This document shows, piece after piece, positions 31,648-41,560 of a stretch of DNA of 64,000 bases. Numbering within the stretch: the stretch's first letter is position 1; each line of letters opens with the position of its first letter. The notes beneath the pieces are model-generated. The model did not search any database, was not told where the DNA came from, and saw only the letters and a list, made by a program, of their open reading frames with translations. Location: assembly GCA_964457775.1 (NCBI GenBank), contig CAYWEW010000001.1, positions 17,783 through 81,782 on the forward strand, in the 5' to 3' direction. A program made the translations under genes and the position numbers. Source of the stretch: an uncultured Candidatus Saccharibacteria bacterium. Lineage in GTDB: Bacteria > Patescibacteriota > Minisyncoccia > Phycocordibacterales > UBA5272.

Positions 31648-32097
31648 TTATTTCTTTTGAGCTTTCTTAATAACCCCCAACCTAAACTCTGAATATATAG
31701 CATATCTATTAGCAAAAAATGGATTCTCTTTTTCCAATATCTTATATGCAAAAGAAACAATTTCTTTAGTTGAAACATATTTACTTCTTAATTTCATAAT
31801 TTCATCAATTATTTCTCTAGTTAATCTCTTAGCCTTAGCTGCATCGTCTCCCTGGTCACGAATTTTTCCCCCTATTACTGCATTAAAAATAGAAACAAAA
31901 AGCTTTTCATAAACGAATTTCTTTCGGACTAAATTCCTTTTAACAACAAACAATGAGTCGTGTGAGAAATATTCTGTTGTTGTATATATTTCTCCACATT
32001 TCAAACACTTTCTTCTCCGCCAAACCCCTACCTCATCAGTTGTTTTTCGAGAATTAATGACTTCAGTTTTTATACTTTTACAAAATGGACATTTCAT
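31648..32097 (-). CDS. nrdR: Transcriptional repressor NrdR
   Basis: MKCPFC...VINSR...RRRKCLKCGEIYTTTE plus an ATP-cone-like region. Confidence 0.85.
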   Translation of the reverse strand: MKCPFCKSIKTEVINSRKTTDEVGVWRRRKCLKCGEIYTTTEYFSHDSLFVVKRNLVRKKFVYEKLFVSIFNAVIGGKIRDQGDDAAKAKRLTREIIDEIMKLRSKYVSTKEIVSFAYKILEKENPFFANRYAIYSEFRLGVIKKAQKK

Positions 32098-32226
32098 GTA
32101 TACATATTGTCATAAAAATATATAAATATCAATAGATATGTATACATACAGCCATATCAATTATTTTGATAACAAATACACTGATATGTGTAGTTCTTTT
32201 ATTAATCACAAATAAGGAGAATCAAA

Positions 32227-33318
32227 ATGAATAAAGATATTAAAAGAATCGTCATCACTGGTGGCCCCTGCTCTGGTAAAACTACAGGCATGAGCTATCT
32301 TTCACAAAAACTTTCCGACTTAGGTTATCATGTTATTGTTGTCCCGGAATATGCAACTGAAGTCATAAATGGAGGTGTTACCCCTAGTAAAAATATTTCT
32401 ATTTATGACTTTCAAGAAAACATCGTTCTTGGCCAAATAGAAAGAGAAAAACGTTATCTTTCTTTTGCAAAATGTCTTGAAAGTGAAAAAGTTATTATTA
32501 TTTTCGACCGTGGGACCCTTGATTCGAAAGCGTATATCGATGAAGAATCTTGGTTAGTGATGTTGGAAGAAAATAGTTTAAATGAAGTCAAACTTCGTGA
32601 TGAAAGTTATGACGCGGTTATTCATATGCGTACTGTTGCATTAGGTAAAGAAGAGTTTTATACCAAATTGAACAACAGCGCTAGATTTGAAAATCCAGAA
32701 GAAGCAAGAGTGGCTGACGAAAAAACTTTATCCTCATGGATTGGACACACACATCTACGTGTTATTGATAATCGTGATGATTTTTCTTCCAAAATACATC
32801 GAGTTCTTGCTGAAGTACTTCATGTGCTAGGTGAGCCAATACCTCTTGAGATTGAAAGGAAATACTTGGTGAATGAATCTTTTGATTGGAAAAATATTCC
32901 TGTCGCCTACCAAGAAATAGATATTGAGCAAGCATACTTGGTCATAGGTGGAAGAATCAGAAAAAGAGGTCAAGGTGATGTCTTTATTTATACCGAGACC
33001 CATAAAGAAGACATTGGTGGAAGTTTCATTCGCACTGAAGTTGAGAAGAGGATTTCTTCTCGTGAATATCACGATAAGTTAAAAAATATTGTCCCTGGAA
33101 GTAGTATTATCAAGAAAAAAAGAATTTGCTTTGTCTATAATGAGCAATACTTTGAACTTGATTACTTCATCGATATAAAACAAAATCCTTATCTTGAAAT
33201 AGAACTCACCGACAAAAATCACGAAATTAATCTTCCTCCTTGGATTCCAGTTATTAGGGATGTGACGGAAGAAGTGGGTTTTAGTAATCGTGAACTTGCT
33301 CTTAAGTCTTGTGGTTAA
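32227..33318 (+). CDS. AAA_28/NadR-like P-loop kinase fused to a CYTH domain
   Basis: IVITGGPCSGKTT, VPEYAT, FDRGTLD; C-terminal EIERKYLV, RIRKR, FELD, LEIEL. Confidence 0.85.
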   Translation: MNKDIKRIVITGGPCSGKTTGMSYLSQKLSDLGYHVIVVPEYATEVINGGVTPSKNISIYDFQENIVLGQIEREKRYLSFAKCLESEKVIIIFDRGTLDSKAYIDEESWLVMLEENSLNEVKLRDESYDAVIHMRTVALGKEEFYTKLNNSARFENPEEARVADEKTLSSWIGHTHLRVIDNRDDFSSKIHRVLAEVLHVLGEPIPLEIERKYLVNESFDWKNIPVAYQEIDIEQAYLVIGGRIRKRGQGDVFIYTETHKEDIGGSFIRTEVEKRISSREYHDKLKNIVPGSSIIKKKRICFVYNEQYFELDYFIDIKQNPYLEIELTDKNHEINLPPWIPVIRDVTEEVGFSNRELALKSCG

Positions 33319-33522
33319 AACTAAAAAACGGACACTTAGGTGTCCGTTTTTGATCAGCAAATTATAAATCACCAAATTTATTTCATGGAAGAAGCTTTAC
33401 TATAAAATATTCTGCTTTCTTTAGTTATTTAAGAATGACTTACAATCAAAATTATACGTGATTTTTTACTTAACTATCGTTTTGTAAAAACATATTATAA
33501 TAATTGTTATATTAAAAATAAA

Positions 33523-34425
33523 TTAACCTCCACCACTACCTCCACCAACATCGCCAGGACCTTCATAATTAGGATCTCCTAATATTATTAAATCAAAAAA
33601 ACTATCAGACATTCCTTGGTGTGTATTTACCCCAGATTTTATACTAGTTACACCATCCGCTTTATCTCCAGAACCCCTAGGAGAATAAAATCCATGATTA
33701 TAGTATTTCATATACCAAGAATAGCTGCCTGCTCTAGGGTCTAAAACTTTCCAAACACGAGCTGGACCAGCCCCACCCCCACAAGCATTCATGTCATTTG
33801 CCCACATTACATAGCGAATTTTTTGGCCACAGTTTTGTGTTGTTGGTGGTTTAGTTTGTGTACATAAAGAATCTGATATGGTTTGCCCCAAAGAATTAAC
33901 ACAAGGGATGACTCTTGTTTGTGCTAATAATTGAGTGTAAGACTTTGTAACTCTTTGACCACAACCATCCGAACCGTTATAAACAATTTCATTATGAGTA
34001 GTAGTGTTCACGACTGTACTACATGACCCCCATGTAGCGGTAGTACTCCAACCAGCGTCACAAATAACGTTACCATTAATGTCTGTAATAAGACCAGCCT
34101 TACAATTAATAGGAAAACCTCCAGAAGAAACACTCTTAGAAACTTTTGAGTCCACATAACTCTTAGTAACCAAAGTAGAAGGATCATCTGCATCCTGTGT
34201 AAGAGCAGAGTATCCTTTATTCCCTCCTGTAATAGTAAAAGGGGATCTTACTTTAAAAGGTCCCAATTTTTCTTGTAAAACAGTACCTACGTTCACAGGG
34301 GCACTTACATTATTAGCTGGAGGTATTCCTGCTGGAGCCCCCGTCCATGCATAAGCAACAGTTCCAAGTACAACAGAAAGCACAAAAATAACTGATGCTT
34401 TATTAAAGGAATCTACTTTATTCAT
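33523..34425 (-). CDS. Secreted Cys-rich surface protein (paralog A)
   Basis: AWTGAPAGIPPANNVSAPVNVG N-terminal module; TSP1-like WGSCS...TRVIPC segment. Confidence 0.75.
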   Translation of the reverse strand: MNKVDSFNKASVIFVLSVVLGTVAYAWTGAPAGIPPANNVSAPVNVGTVLQEKLGPFKVRSPFTITGGNKGYSALTQDADDPSTLVTKSYVDSKVSKSVSSGGFPINCKAGLITDINGNVICDAGWSTTATWGSCSTVVNTTTHNEIVYNGSDGCGQRVTKSYTQLLAQTRVIPCVNSLGQTISDSLCTQTKPPTTQNCGQKIRYVMWANDMNACGGGAGPARVWKVLDPRAGSYSWYMKYYNHGFYSPRGSGDKADGVTSIKSGVNTHQGMSDSFFDLIILGDPNYEGPGDVGGGSGGG

Positions 34426-34631
34426 ATTATCTTAATTTTAATTGTTTTAAATTCTAATGTAAAGGAACAAAAGGTAAAAAGGACACCGCCATTTGTCGTT
34501 CTTGATCAGCAAATTATAAATCACCAAATTTATTTCACAGAAGAAGCTTTACTATAAAAATATTCTGCTTTCTTTTGGTCTTTCAAAAATTAATTTATAA
34601 TAAATGTTATATTTACTTTTTGTTACTTAAA

Positions 34632-35609
34632 TTAATAAGCTCCGTATAAATTGTAACAAACGTTCTTAACAGCTGTTGGATTTCCACATGCACCATATGC
34701 ATAACAACTTGCTACATATCCCATTTTTTGATCAGGTGTAGGTTTAGCTCTGTAACAATCAAAACATTCTCCAGAACCACCACAAATATCAGTACGAACC
34801 ACATAAGTATACAAATGTGTACAAACATCATTAAGAACATAATATTGTGCGCCACACACTGTACAATTTCTATTTGTATAAGAACCGCCAAGAACGCCAT
34901 TTGTACATAGGCGACTCTCACTAACAGAGGCGCAAGTTTGACCAGAAGTTACCGCAGTTGTTTGGTATGCTGTTACTGATTGACCACTTGAAACTGTTGT
35001 ATTCCAAGGAGATGGACACGACGCACCCGGCGTTACCGTACAATTTCTATTAGTATAAGACCCGCTTAGCACAGTATTAGTACATAGACGATTCTGACTT
35101 ACTGACTCACAAGTTTGACCATAAGGAACAGCAGCTGTTTGATATGTGGTTACTGATTGACCGCTAGCAATTGTGCCACCCCAAGGCACAGTACAGGATG
35201 TTGGACTCAAAACTTTACAAACAATATTACCATTAAAATCTGTACCTAGAACGTCACAACCCGAAAGAGCGCTAAAGTTAATACCATCTATACCACTTGT
35301 ACCAATACCTAAAGATGAGGTAGATGTCCAGGAAGCATTTCCTTCGGCATCAGAAGTTAATATTTTACCTTCTCCTGCACCCGGAGCAAAGTTAAAAGCA
35401 GTATATGCTTTTAATAAACCGTCTATACCAAGTGACCCTGCCTTAAGTTGAATTGTATTACCTACGTTTACTGGTGCGTCAACATTATTAGCAGGTGGTG
35501 TTCCTGCTGGTGCCCCTGTCCAAGCATAAGCAACAGTTCCAAGTACAACAGATAGCGCAAAAATAACTGATGCTTTATTAAAGGAATCTACCTTGACTGA
35601 TTTGTTCAT
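34632..35609 (-). CDS. Secreted Cys-rich surface protein (paralog B)
   Basis: Same N-terminal module; internal duplicated SCxxPW..SGQSVT.YQT..C.SVS..RLCTN repeat; start ATG 35609. Confidence 0.75.
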   Translation of the reverse strand: MNKSVKVDSFNKASVIFALSVVLGTVAYAWTGAPAGTPPANNVDAPVNVGNTIQLKAGSLGIDGLLKAYTAFNFAPGAGEGKILTSDAEGNASWTSTSSLGIGTSGIDGINFSALSGCDVLGTDFNGNIVCKVLSPTSCTVPWGGTIASGQSVTTYQTAAVPYGQTCESVSQNRLCTNTVLSGSYTNRNCTVTPGASCPSPWNTTVSSGQSVTAYQTTAVTSGQTCASVSESRLCTNGVLGGSYTNRNCTVCGAQYYVLNDVCTHLYTYVVRTDICGGSGECFDCYRAKPTPDQKMGYVASCYAYGACGNPTAVKNVCYNLYGAY

Positions 35610-35727
35610 TATATAAGTATACCTTTTTCTGAGGTGTTTAGAAGTGTACAAGATAAATAAAAAACAGACACTTTCGTGTCTGATTTTATTTATCTTTCGA
35701 AAATTTATTCTAAAAACTCCCTATAAA

Positions 35728-35985
35728 CTATTTTACCTTCTTTTCTTTCTTAACTTCCTTTACTTTCTTTTCAGTTAATTTTACATTACTTGCGTCCATG
35801 GACATTGCAATTTCTACAATACCACCTTTCTCCCCTGCTTTCTTGGCCTTGATATGCTTCTTCATAAGGTTAACACCTTCAAGCACTACACGATTCTTCT
35901 CGCGTAACACAGATGTTACAACAGAAGACTTTCCTTTGTCCTTACCTGCTATCACTATTACTTTGTCTCCTTTTTTTACGTGCAT
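35728..35985 (-). CDS. rplX: 50S ribosomal protein L24
   Basis: KKGDKVIVIAGKDKGK KOW motif. Confidence 0.96.
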   Translation of the reverse strand: MHVKKGDKVIVIAGKDKGKSSVVTSVLREKNRVVLEGVNLMKKHIKAKKAGEKGGIVEIAMSMDASNVKLTEKKVKEVKKEKKVK

Positions 35986-36001
35986 ATATTTATTATTAAA
36001 A

Positions 36002-36382
36002 TTAAATTATTTCAGGTGCTAGGGACGCAATCTTCTTATAACCTTCGATACCAGTTAATGAAAGTTCGCGTGGAATTGGACCGAAAACACGTCCTGCCTT
36101 AGGTTCCTTCTTTGTCTTATCAACAACAACAACTGCATTGTCATCAAAACAAATATATGAGCCATCAGAACGACGAACTTGCTTTGTTGTACGAACAACA
36201 ACACCATAAACGATATCCTTCTTCTTTACTTGCTTTCGAGGTTCTGCAACCTTAACAGAAAGTACAACCAAATCACCAATCGATGCATAGCGACGCTTTG
36301 AACCACCGAGAACTTTGAAAACACGGCCAAATTTTCCGCCTGAGTTATCTGTTATCTTTACATTTGTGCCTGCTTGTATCAT
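36002..36382 (-). CDS. rplN: 50S ribosomal protein L14
   Basis: DNSGGK, FDDNAVV, RVFGPIPREL. Confidence 0.98.
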   Translation of the reverse strand: MIQAGTNVKITDNSGGKFGRVFKVLGGSKRRYASIGDLVVLSVKVAEPRKQVKKKDIVYGVVVRTTKQVRRSDGSYICFDDNAVVVVDKTKKEPKAGRVFGPIPRELSLTGIEGYKKIASLAPEII

Positions 36383-36414
36383 ATATTTCTGTTTAGATTG
36401 CTAATAAATTATTT

Positions 36415-36690
36415 TTACTTACTGTTTTCTTTGTAACCAAGAACTGTAAAATTCTTATCCTTTGAAAGTGGACGACATTCTTCAATAATTACATTGTCCC
36501 CTATTTTGTAAGTATTGTTTTCATCGTGAGCCTTGTAACGCTTATCGATTTTGAAATACTTTCCGTATTTTTTGTGAGCAACGTAACGGTTTACGTTTAC
36601 AACAACAGTCTTATCCATCTTGTCAGATACAACTTTACCAGTAAGTTTCTTTGGTGATGTTGTTGTTGGTTTTGTTTGAGTAGTTTTCAT
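36415..36690 (-). CDS. rpsQ: 30S ribosomal protein S17
   Basis: GKVVSDKMDKTVVV, AHDENN, ECRPLSK; start ATG 36690. Confidence 0.97.
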   Translation of the reverse strand: MKTTQTKPTTTSPKKLTGKVVSDKMDKTVVVNVNRYVAHKKYGKYFKIDKRYKAHDENNTYKIGDNVIIEECRPLSKDKNFTVLGYKENSK

Positions 36691-36703
36691 ATATTTAAAA
36701 TAA

Positions 36704-37123
36704 TTAACGAGCGACAACGCGTGTCTTTACAGGAAGCTTACACCCAGCCTTACGAAGTGCTTCACGAGCAACCACTTCTGTAACTCCATCAATTTCAAAA
36801 AGAATTCTTCCTGGACGAACTTCAAAAACATATCGATCTGGATCTCCTTTACCTTTACCCATAGGAACTTCAGCTGCTTTTTGAGTTACAGGACGGTCTG
36901 GGAAAATACGAATCCAAAGCTTTGCAGTCTTACCTGCTGAACGCTGGCAAGCACGACGAGCAGCTTCGATTTGATTTGCAGCAACACGGCAAGGTGTTTC
37001 AGCCTTAAGACCGAACGATCCAAAAGCAACAGTAATACCACGTGATTCTGGGCGTGCTAGTTTAGCCTCTGAGAGGCGGGCGGTCTGCCATTTTCGGTGT
37101 TTTACTTTCTTTGGGAATAACAT
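36704..37123 (-). CDS. rplP: 50S ribosomal protein L16
   Basis: QIEAAR, WIRIFPD, MGKGKG. Confidence 0.98.
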   Translation of the reverse strand: MLFPKKVKHRKWQTARLSEAKLARPESRGITVAFGSFGLKAETPCRVAANQIEAARRACQRSAGKTAKLWIRIFPDRPVTQKAAEVPMGKGKGDPDRYVFEVRPGRILFEIDGVTEVVAREALRKAGCKLPVKTRVVAR

Positions 37124-37138
37124 ATACGTTTCTTTAAA

Positions 37139-37813
37139 TTATTTAGTTGTGTCCTTCTTATCAAACTTCATACCACGATATATCCATACCTTGATACCGA
37201 TAACACCGTAGGTCATATTCGCACGTTCACGAGCAAAGTCAATGTCGGCACGAAGTGTTTGTAGTGGAATACCTCCACGCTTGATTTGTTCACGACGAGC
37301 CATTTCAGCTCCTCCTAAACGACCAGATACTGCGATACGTGCACCTTGTACATCACGATTAGCCATCACCTTCTCAATTGTTGTCTTAAGTACACGACGG
37401 AAAGGAAGACGCTTCTCAATTCCTTCTACAATCATAGCTGCAACAATAGCTGCATCCGCTTCTGGAGAAGAAACTTCAATAATATCTAACTTAACATCTT
37501 GTGGAACAATAATCTTAAGACGTGCCATTTCTTTCTTAAGTGATGCACGGAGTTTTTCGATACCGTCTCCACCACGACCAATAATCATACCTGGGCGTGA
37601 AGTGTGAATCATAATGCGGTACTGCTTCTCAGTTCTTTCAATTTCAATAAGTGAAAGATACATCCCTTTTAGGCGCTTTGTCATCCATGCACGAACAAGA
37701 ACATCAGCACGAAGATGATCAACGTATTGATTGGTATCCTTGCCGAACCAACGTGACTTCCAGTCGCGGATGATTCCAAGTCTATGTGAATATGGGTGTA
37801 CTACGTGTGTCAT
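37139..37813 (-). CDS. rpsC: 30S ribosomal protein S3
   Basis: RPGMIIGRGG, SGRLGGAEMAR, PLQTLRADID. Confidence 0.98.
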   Translation of the reverse strand: MTHVVHPYSHRLGIIRDWKSRWFGKDTNQYVDHLRADVLVRAWMTKRLKGMYLSLIEIERTEKQYRIMIHTSRPGMIIGRGGDGIEKLRASLKKEMARLKIIVPQDVKLDIIEVSSPEADAAIVAAMIVEGIEKRLPFRRVLKTTIEKVMANRDVQGARIAVSGRLGGAEMARREQIKRGGIPLQTLRADIDFARERANMTYGVIGIKVWIYRGMKFDKKDTTK

Positions 37814-37817
37814 AAAA

Positions 37818-38153
37818 TTATTTTGCTTCTTTCTTAACTGCTACCGGTGCTAATTCGATAAACACTTTACTTGTGTGCTTATGAATTGGAAATGCGCGAC
37901 CCATTGCTCTTGGCATCCAACGCTTAATTACTACTCCCTTATCTACTGTTGCAGTCTTCACCATAAGTTCTGCTGCTGGCACTCCAGCGTTTGCTACAGC
38001 TGAATCAAGAAGCTTCTTAATTGGAAGAGCTCCACGCTTAATAAGATGTGAAAGTATAGCTTGTGCTTGTACAGCTGACTTACCTTTAACAAGTTCGGTA
38101 ATTAAACGAACTTTTCTAGGTGCTTGGCGATAATTGTTAAGTGATGCTTTCAT
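37818..38153 (-). CDS. rplV: 50S ribosomal protein L22
   Basis: APRKVRL, SAVANA, PRAMGRA. Confidence 0.96.
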   Translation of the reverse strand: MKASLNNYRQAPRKVRLITELVKGKSAVQAQAILSHLIKRGALPIKKLLDSAVANAGVPAAELMVKTATVDKGVVIKRWMPRAMGRAFPIHKHTSKVFIELAPVAVKKEAK

Positions 38154-38156
38154 ATA

Positions 38157-38501
38157 TTATTTCTTCTTAGTATCAGTTGCGGACTTTGCAGCCTTAGCAG
38201 CAGTAATTTCTGATTCTTTCTTCTTCTGATCAATTTCCTTTTGCATCTTACCTCCGTGTCTTGTAAATTTACGTGTTGGAGAAAATTCACCAAGCTTATG
38301 ACCAACCATATCTTCAGTAATAAGAACTGGAATATGAGTCTTGCCATTGTATACACCAAAAGTGAAACCTACCATTTCAGGCGCAATGTCAGAACGACGA
38401 ATCCATGTCTTAATAACGTCCGTTGTTTCTGGGCGTTTACCAAGTACTTTCTTTAGTACTCGTTCGTCTACGTATGGTCCTTTGTGAAGTGATCTTGTCA
38501 T
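38157..38501 (-). CDS. rpsS: 30S ribosomal protein S19
   Basis: [23 protein letters not shown]. Confidence 0.98.
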   Translation of the reverse strand: MTRSLHKGPYVDERVLKKVLGKRPETTDVIKTWIRRSDIAPEMVGFTFGVYNGKTHIPVLITEDMVGHKLGEFSPTRKFTRHGGKMQKEIDQKKKESEITAAKAAKSATDTKKK

Positions 38502-38612
38502 TTTGGTTAAGTTGGCTTATTATATCAGATTTTGGCTTAAAGTAAAGCGTTTTATGGATTTTAGGTTTGTATTTTACTACTCATTAATTTCCAATCTCTA
38601 CTTTAAAATTTA

Positions 38613-39452
38613 TTATTTCTTCTTACGTACTACACGACGGGATACAATGTGTACATTTGAATATTTCTTTGGAGTTCTTGTCTTATGTCCTCCGGTTGTC
38701 TTTCCTTGCTTTGTCTTTGGACGACGTGTTCCTCGTGGTTGTGCTCCTTCACCTCCTCCGTATGGGTGGTCTACTGGGTTACGAGCCATCGCACGTGTCT
38801 TTGGACGAATACCCAAGTGGCGTGAACGTCCAGCCTTTCCAATGTTACGAAGACGATACTCTTCATTTGAAACTTCACCAATTGAAGCAAAACATGTATC
38901 CACTACTTTACGAATTTCGGTTGATGGAAGTTTGATTGAAGTAAATCCATTATCGTGAGCAACGACTTGAGCGTAAGTTCCAGCTGAACGAACTAGCTTA
39001 GCACCTGCACGTAACTTAAGTTCTACGTTGTATACAAAAGTACCTACAGGGATATTCTTAAGTGCAAGACGATTACCTACATTTAGGTCAGCTTTTTCTG
39101 AAACAATAAATGTATCCCCTACTTTCATTGAACGAGGAACAAGAACATAACGTTTTGCTCCATCTGCATATGATGCTAGCGCAATAAAACCTGAACGATT
39201 TGGATCGTATTCAATAGTTTGAAGTTTTGCAGGAATATCTTTTTTGTCATATACAAAATCAATCTCACGGAAAGAACGCTTGTGGCCTCCTCCTCTGTGT
39301 TGTGATGTAATACGTCCGAAAGCGTTACGTCCTGAACCACGTCTAAAACCTGATGTGAGCGGCTTATATGGATCGTTGGTTGTAAGTACTCCTCGGTATG
39401 TTACCGTGGTCATATTACGACGTGATGGGGTTGTTGGTTTATAGGTTTTCAT
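38613..39452 (-). CDS. rplB: 50S ribosomal protein L2
   Basis: EYDPNRSG, NPVDHPYGGGEG. Confidence 0.98.
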   Translation of the reverse strand: MKTYKPTTPSRRNMTTVTYRGVLTTNDPYKPLTSGFRRGSGRNAFGRITSQHRGGGHKRSFREIDFVYDKKDIPAKLQTIEYDPNRSGFIALASYADGAKRYVLVPRSMKVGDTFIVSEKADLNVGNRLALKNIPVGTFVYNVELKLRAGAKLVRSAGTYAQVVAHDNGFTSIKLPSTEIRKVVDTCFASIGEVSNEEYRLRNIGKAGRSRHLGIRPKTRAMARNPVDHPYGGGEGAQPRGTRRPKTKQGKTTGGHKTRTPKKYSNVHIVSRRVVRKKK

Positions 39453-39470
39453 ATTCGTTTACTATCTTAA

Positions 39471-39800
39471 TTATGAGAGTGAAATAGTATCTCCTTTGTT
39501 AAGGAAAATAACTGCTTTCTTGAGACCAGCCTTTGTTCCAAATTTTCCACGAATGAATGTATTCTTGCGAGGCATGTTAGTGATGTTAATCGCTTTAGGA
39601 GTTACTTTGTACTCTTTTTTGAAAGCATCTAATACAGTGTGCTTGGTTGCGTCTTTTCTAACTACGAATGTATATGCATTTGCAGATGATTGCATTGAAG
39701 CTTTTTCAGTAATACGAGGAGCGATAATAACCTTTGAAGATGCTACTGTGTCTACTTTTTCTACTGCTGTCTTTTCAGTTGTTGTTTTCTTTGTTGCCAT
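39471..39800 (-). CDS. rplW: 50S ribosomal protein L23
   Basis: PRITEKA, YTFVV, KKAVIFL. Confidence 0.95.
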   Translation of the reverse strand: MATKKTTTEKTAVEKVDTVASSKVIIAPRITEKASMQSSANAYTFVVRKDATKHTVLDAFKKEYKVTPKAINITNMPRKNTFIRGKFGTKAGLKKAVIFLNKGDTISLS

Positions 39801-39806
39801 ATACGT

Positions 39807-40472
39807 TTATTTATTTACTTTAGAAGAAAGATAAGCAATTGTTTCTTCTGGATTAGCAATAACCAAGTATCTTGTATTAGCTAAATCAAGAGGGTTAAGA
39901 TCATCCATATTATGAAGAGTCATGTATGGAAGATTACGGAATGCGCGCTTTGTTACATCCTCACCTTTCTTAATTGTCATATACACATTGTTTGGCTTCT
40001 TGTAACAAAGAGTCTTGAAACCTTCGATAGTAGTAAGACCTTTCATAGCCATATCTGCATCTTTTGTCTTACCGGTTTGAGTAGGAACAGAATCAACGAA
40101 AATAACTTTACCCGCTTTAACCTTTGCAGACAAAAGTGAGAATAGTGCAGCAACTTTCATTCCCTTAGGAATAGTCTTCTTATAATCCTTATCATTTCTA
40201 GGACCAAAAGTTACACCTCCACCTTTCCATAATGGTGACTGTGCAGAACCATGACGAGCACGTCCAGAACCTTTTTGTGCCCATGGCTTCTTGTGAGTTC
40301 CACGAACTTCAGCTCTGTTTTTTGTGTGAGCAGTACCAGCGCGTCTATTAGACGCTTGTGAATAAAGAACTTGTGATACGAGATCAGCATTCCACTTAGC
40401 ACCAAAAATATTCTCTGGTACTTCGAGTGACTTTGCTATCTTTCCTTCCATTGTATAGACGTTTACTTTCAT
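39807..40472 (-). CDS. rplD: 50S ribosomal protein L4
   Basis: KPWAQKGSGRARHGS, GGGVTFGP. Confidence 0.97.
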   Translation of the reverse strand: MKVNVYTMEGKIAKSLEVPENIFGAKWNADLVSQVLYSQASNRRAGTAHTKNRAEVRGTHKKPWAQKGSGRARHGSAQSPLWKGGGVTFGPRNDKDYKKTIPKGMKVAALFSLLSAKVKAGKVIFVDSVPTQTGKTKDADMAMKGLTTIEGFKTLCYKKPNNVYMTIKKGEDVTKRAFRNLPYMTLHNMDDLNPLDLANTRYLVIANPEETIAYLSSKVNK

Positions 40473-40478
40473 ATAATT

Positions 40479-41087
40479 TTACTTAGTTGTCTTGATTTCC
40501 ACAAGTGTTCCACGCTTTCCTGCAACCGCACCCTTAAGAAGGATGATTCCATTCTCAAAATCAACATCAAGAATTGTTACATTCTTTTGTGTGATACGAT
40601 CACTTCCCATACGACCCGCCATTCTCTTTCCCTTGAAAACTCTCTGTGGGCCTGTTGCTCCAATAGAACCAATTTCACGCATTGAGTGCTTCTGACCATG
40701 CTGATGCCAACCTCCGTGCATACCATGACGCTTCATTGGACCTTGAAAACCTTTACCTTTTGAAACACTAGATACTGTTACAATATCTCCTTTGTTGAAA
40801 ACATCACATGCAATTGTAGCTCCAAGTGACAAGTCCCCTGGTGCTGTACGGAATTCCTTAGATACTTTATGAGGAGTTCCCTTAAAGTGTCCAAGTAACG
40901 CCTTTGACATACGCTCCTTCTTTTGTTCCCCTTGTCCAACTTGTATAGCATCATATCCATCAGTTGCTACAGTCTTAAGAGCGGTCACTGTTAAGGGTGT
41001 TGCCTTAAGAATTGTTGCAGGGTGAACTTTTCCGTCTTCGGAAAAGAATTCTGTCATATGTTGTTTTGTTGCGAGTGTGAATTTCAT
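40479..41087 (-). CDS. rplC: 50S ribosomal protein L3
   Basis: DGYDAIQ, SKGKGFQG, KGKRMAGRMG. Confidence 0.97.
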   Translation of the reverse strand: MKFTLATKQHMTEFFSEDGKVHPATILKATPLTVTALKTVATDGYDAIQVGQGEQKKERMSKALLGHFKGTPHKVSKEFRTAPGDLSLGATIACDVFNKGDIVTVSSVSKGKGFQGPMKRHGMHGGWHQHGQKHSMREIGSIGATGPQRVFKGKRMAGRMGSDRITQKNVTILDVDFENGIILLKGAVAGKRGTLVEIKTTK

Positions 41088-41127
41088 GGTGTTTTCTTGT
41101 GTCTGATAGATTATCTGACTATTTTAT

Positions 41128-41514
41128 CTATGCCATCTTTACATCTATATCAACTCCAGATGGAAGTGATAGATTTGTAAGAGCTTCAATTAGCTTTGCA
41201 TTTGGATTTACGATGTCAACGAGACGCTTATGCACTCTCATTTCGAACTGTTCACGTGCATCTTTATAAATAAATGATGAACGGTTAACTGTATAACGCT
41301 TGATTTCTGTTGGAAGCGGAATTGGTCCAAGAATTATAGCCTCGAAACGACGTGCAGTGTCAATAATCTGCTTCACGGAAGCATCAAGAACTTTACTTTC
41401 ATATGCGCGTACACGAATACGAAGCTTCTGGGTGTCTTGAGCTTTAGATGGCTTTGTTACTTTTTTTACAGCTTTTTTAGTTGCTGTTTTTGTAGCTGTT
41501 TCGGTTGCTGTCAT
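41128..41514 (-). CDS. rpsJ: 30S ribosomal protein S10
   Basis: GPIPLPT, REQFEMRVHKRL. Confidence 0.98.
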   Translation of the reverse strand: MTATETATKTATKKAVKKVTKPSKAQDTQKLRIRVRAYESKVLDASVKQIIDTARRFEAIILGPIPLPTEIKRYTVNRSSFIYKDAREQFEMRVHKRLVDIVNPNAKLIEALTNLSLPSGVDIDVKMA

Positions 41515-41560
41515 GCTTGTAAGGATTTAATCTATCATACTTTGATAGAAAGTTAAAATA

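Noticed and set aside
32100-32200. NrdR boxes upstream of nrdR
   Set aside because: Only weak AT-rich resemblance to the consensus; not supportable by eye.
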